Below are positions 25,703-28,068 of a DNA stretch of 28,068 bases, one piece after another. Both the position numbers and the translations under genes were made by a program. Numbering within the stretch: position 1 is the stretch's first letter; every line of letters begins with the position of its first letter. The stretch is from Candidatus Nanohalobium sp. (GTDB taxonomy: Archaea; Nanohalarchaeota; Nanosalinia; Nanosalinales; Nanosalinaceae): positions 1-28,068 of the forward strand of contig JBDGSL010000058.1 in the NCBI GenBank assembly GCA_042217555.1. Direction: 5' to 3'. The notes beneath the pieces were generated by a model, which was not told where the DNA came from, searched no databases, and saw only the letters and a list, made by a program, of their open reading frames with translations.

Positions 25703-26632
25703 TTGGGTTTTGTAGCTGTTGAAGAACTGGATGATGCGTTGGAGAGGACAAAGGATATACTTCTACCTTTCGATCTGAAGACATGGTCAAAGCTTGCTTT
25801 TATCTGCCTCTTTCTGGGAGGTACAGGTTTCAGCTTCTTCAACGTTCCTTCCGGTTACACCGGTGATGGACAGTACTCGATGCAGGCCGGGGAGTCCATG
25901 GCGGGCATGGCGACGGCTCTTCCACTGGAGTCTGCAGTAGCAGCTGGAGCTGTAGGTGCAGTATTTTTACTGGTGCTGGGCTTCATGTACCTTAGCTCGG
26001 TTTTCGAGTTCGTTATGTACCGGGCTGTCAGGGAGAAAAAGGTCAGTATACGTGATAGGATGTCTGAGCATGCGGTTGACGGCCTCAAGTACTTCGGGTT
26101 TCAACTGGTGTATGCCTTAGCGGCTTTAGCCATGGTTGCAGCAGGAGTAGGTTCCTTCGTACTGAATCCACTGCTTGGAGTACTGGCCTTCCTGGTCCTT
26201 ATACCTGTGTTCATTGTTGTGGCTGTCTTCGCCGGAGTAGTACATGACTTCGCTCTTCAGATGATGGTCGACGGTAAAGGATTCAGAGAATCCGTTATGA
26301 AGTCAGTAGGGTTGATGAAGAGCGACTGGGAGGAGTTCGGAGCCTACCTGCTTCTCCGACTGGTGGTGTCATGGACAGTTTCTATAGGCGCAGCCGTTAT
26401 CTTCATGATTCCGGCTCTCGTGATAGGGCTTCCATTCCTCTTTATCGTGATACTGCTGGCTGAGGCTTCACCGATCCTGGCAGGGATCACAGGTGTAGCA
26501 GGGCTGATAGTGGTGCTGGTGTTCGGCCTGTACGTAAGCGTGCCGTTCAAGACCTACATGTACAGTTACTTCGTGGAGCTTTACGACGGGTTCATGGACA
26601 GGTTAGAAGTCGGCGATGCTGGCCTGCCTTGA
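25703..26632 (+). CDS. Multi-pass membrane protein (archaeal DUF7544-like)
   Basis: AVEELDDALERTK..L.PFD...W.KLA N-terminus, YLSSVFEFV, 6-7 TM segments. TTG 25703 is the likely start. 30-nt convergent overlap with nreA. Confidence 0.75.
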   Translation: MGFVAVEELDDALERTKDILLPFDLKTWSKLAFICLFLGGTGFSFFNVPSGYTGDGQYSMQAGESMAGMATALPLESAVAAGAVGAVFLLVLGFMYLSSVFEFVMYRAVREKKVSIRDRMSEHAVDGLKYFGFQLVYALAALAMVAAGVGSFVLNPLLGVLAFLVLIPVFIVVAVFAGVVHDFALQMMVDGKGFRESVMKSVGLMKSDWEEFGAYLLLRLVVSWTVSIGAAVIFMIPALVIGLPFLFIVILLAEASPILAGITGVAGLIVVLVFGLYVSVPFKTYMYSYFVELYDGFMDRLEVGDAGLP

Positions 26633-27781
26633 ACCTATCATCTTCGACTTCTTCTTTAACCTGTTGTAAAGGAACTTGAACTCTCCACTGATCCTGAACT
26701 TCACGTCCTTGAAACAGTCCAGGACTTCAGGCCCGTCATTGAAAGCATTCCTGACAGTCTCCCTGATGACCCATACTCCGAGCGGCGCCCAGTACTCCGG
26801 GCTGACATCCCGCAGAATCAGTACCTTCGCCTGCCGTTTCCTGCTTCTTAAATGCTCCAGGACGCCCAGACGCACAGCGTAAAACGCACCTGCAGTCTCG
26901 CCCGCGTACTCTGTTCTCCCTCCATAGGGTTCGTAGTCCTGGGCTATATACGTGTTCTCCGTTGAGTTCCAGACTGAGCCGGATCGCTTCATCTCGATCA
27001 ACTCATACTCCCAACGTCCAGGAATCAGGAAGACATGGAACTCATTTCCAACATATGAATTCCTGTAGTACTCTATCTGACCCAGCTGCTGGTACTGCTT
27101 CACATCTTCACGAATACTCTTCGATATGATGTCATCGGTAGCAGTGATACTCCACCGCGTTGGCACCAACTCCCTGTTATCCTCCTCTCCAAGCATACCG
27201 GTAGAAAAACTCTGCAGTATCCTGTAGCTGTCCACGCCTTTCTGATGCAACTCCCTCACAGCGTTCTCCGCCTTCAAATCAGTATCATAAAACGCTTTCT
27301 CCACCTTCTTCTCCACAGTCGGATTCTCGGTCAAAAGAAACTCCTCAACATTTCCCGACGCCGAAACAGGTTTAACCCGGCCACCTGAAATGCTGGCATC
27401 AGGCTTCTTCTCCAGCTCAACCTCGACATCCACAGGCTTCCGCGCCATCGCCACCTCCCGCGTACTGCTCACAAACCCATCCGTATCATCCACCTGAAAA
27501 CGCTTCTTCGAATTCACCAGAGAAGTCCGCAGAGACGCAACCTTCTCAATACTGAAACCGCTGTCATACCAGTCCCGAGGCGAATCCATCAACTCAGAAC
27601 TACCCGGATGCTGAGGCGACAAGACACCGGTATTCACCTTCGGATAATTATGAGAACCGATGAAGACGCTCGGAGTCCGGCCCTGAAAACGTTTCTTCCT
27701 GTTAGAGGAAGGCATCACCTTCTGCAGCCGCCTCTTCGCCTCCTCCTCAGACACACCTTTCGCAAGTTTACCGTAACCCAT
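26603..27781 (-). CDS. nreA: Archaeal DNA repair protein Nre (DUF650/DUF651) with C-terminal PIP box
   Basis: PSVFIG..NYPKV, LVPTRWSITATDD, WEYELIE, GAFYA.RL.VLEHL, YWAPLGVWVIRE. C-terminal QASIADF PCNA-binding motif. Confidence 0.93.
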   Translation of the reverse strand: MGYGKLAKGVSEEEAKRRLQKVMPSSNRKKRFQGRTPSVFIGSHNYPKVNTGVLSPQHPGSSELMDSPRDWYDSGFSIEKVASLRTSLVNSKKRFQVDDTDGFVSSTREVAMARKPVDVEVELEKKPDASISGGRVKPVSASGNVEEFLLTENPTVEKKVEKAFYDTDLKAENAVRELHQKGVDSYRILQSFSTGMLGEEDNRELVPTRWSITATDDIISKSIREDVKQYQQLGQIEYYRNSYVGNEFHVFLIPGRWEYELIEMKRSGSVWNSTENTYIAQDYEPYGGRTEYAGETAGAFYAVRLGVLEHLRSRKRQAKVLILRDVSPEYWAPLGVWVIRETVRNAFNDGPEVLDCFKDVKFRISGEFKFLYNRLKKKSKMIGSRQASIADF

Positions 27782-27817
27782 GCTTGAAAACTGTTACTCA
27801 AATCATAAGAACTCAAC

Positions 27818-27962
27818 GGGCCCGTAGTCCAACCGGGAGAACATCTCCCTCGCAACTGCCGTAGCAGTTGACAATACTTGAGGGTTCCCAAGAACCCTCT
27901 CTAACATTCAACTGATCAGTTGGGAAAGGAGAAGGCTCCGGGTTCGAATCCTGGCGATTCCA
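27818..27962 (+). tRNA. tRNA-Ala(CGC) with 72-nt intron at 37/38 (27855-27926); stems partly mismatched
   Basis: GGGCCCG start, anticodon stem TCTCC/GGAGA with CT-CGC-A, T arm CCGGG-TTCGAAT-CCTGG, G3:U70 and discriminator A. Relaxed BHB-like junction (CTCG/TGGG helix, AAA bulge). Confidence 0.85.
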
Positions 27963-27964
27963 TT

Positions 27965-28068
27965 CTACATTCTTTCTTTGAGTTCTTTCCAGTGTTGGTT
28001 TCCGTCGTGGGTGTAGTCGAAGTTCCAGATGGCGAGGATTACTGCTTTTGTGTTTTCTACATCGATGT
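27965..28068 (-). CDS. 3' end of an unidentified gene entering from the right edge
   Basis: Open frame IDVENTKAVILAIWNFDYTHDGNQHWKELKERM* whose stop lies 2 nt from the tRNA 3' end. Confidence 0.5.
   Translation of the reverse strand, partial: IDVENTKAVILAIWNFDYTHDGNQHWKELKERM

Noticed and set aside
27600..27781. Nre lacking an N-terminal Cys cluster
   Set aside because: As far as I recall, halophile Nre proteins also lack it, so it is not treated as unusual.
1..28068. CRISPR array or cas genes
   Set aside because: No regularly spaced direct repeats with unique spacers were seen. The HEPN gene is paired with an MNT as a toxin-antitoxin module.

Overview
Archaeal chromosomal DNA with acidic, Glu/Lys-rich proteins, short or leaderless 5' ends and an intron-containing tRNA. 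It most resembles a halophilic DPANN (Nanohaloarchaeota-like) genome, which is an inference. The first 7.5 kb is an accessory, mosaic cell-surface region. It holds the 3' end of a large modular fibre/adhesin ending in a peptidase-G2-type autocleaving chaperone domain, a coupled bacterial-type S26 signal peptidase, a Tat-motif protein with a tail-fibre DADTVDG motif, several gene remnants, an MntA/HepT toxin-antitoxin pair, an alkaline-phosphatase-superfamily gene with one in-frame TAG, and a divergent CysD/PAPS-reductase-family gene. tatA-tatC follow. Next is a Suf Fe-S assembly set (intein-containing sufB, sufD, then sufS, sufU, sufC) split by MATE, TetR, two half-size MMPL/RND genes and a COG1361 gene. 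sufB and sufC share a TTTAGG-N4-CCTAAA operator. The right end has an intein-containing XPD/Rad3 helicase, a membrane protein, nreA, and a tRNA-Ala(CGC) with a highly structured 72-nt intron and stem mismatches. Sharp A+C to G+T strand-skew switches occur that do not follow gene orientation. No database searches were run; family calls rest on recognised motifs.
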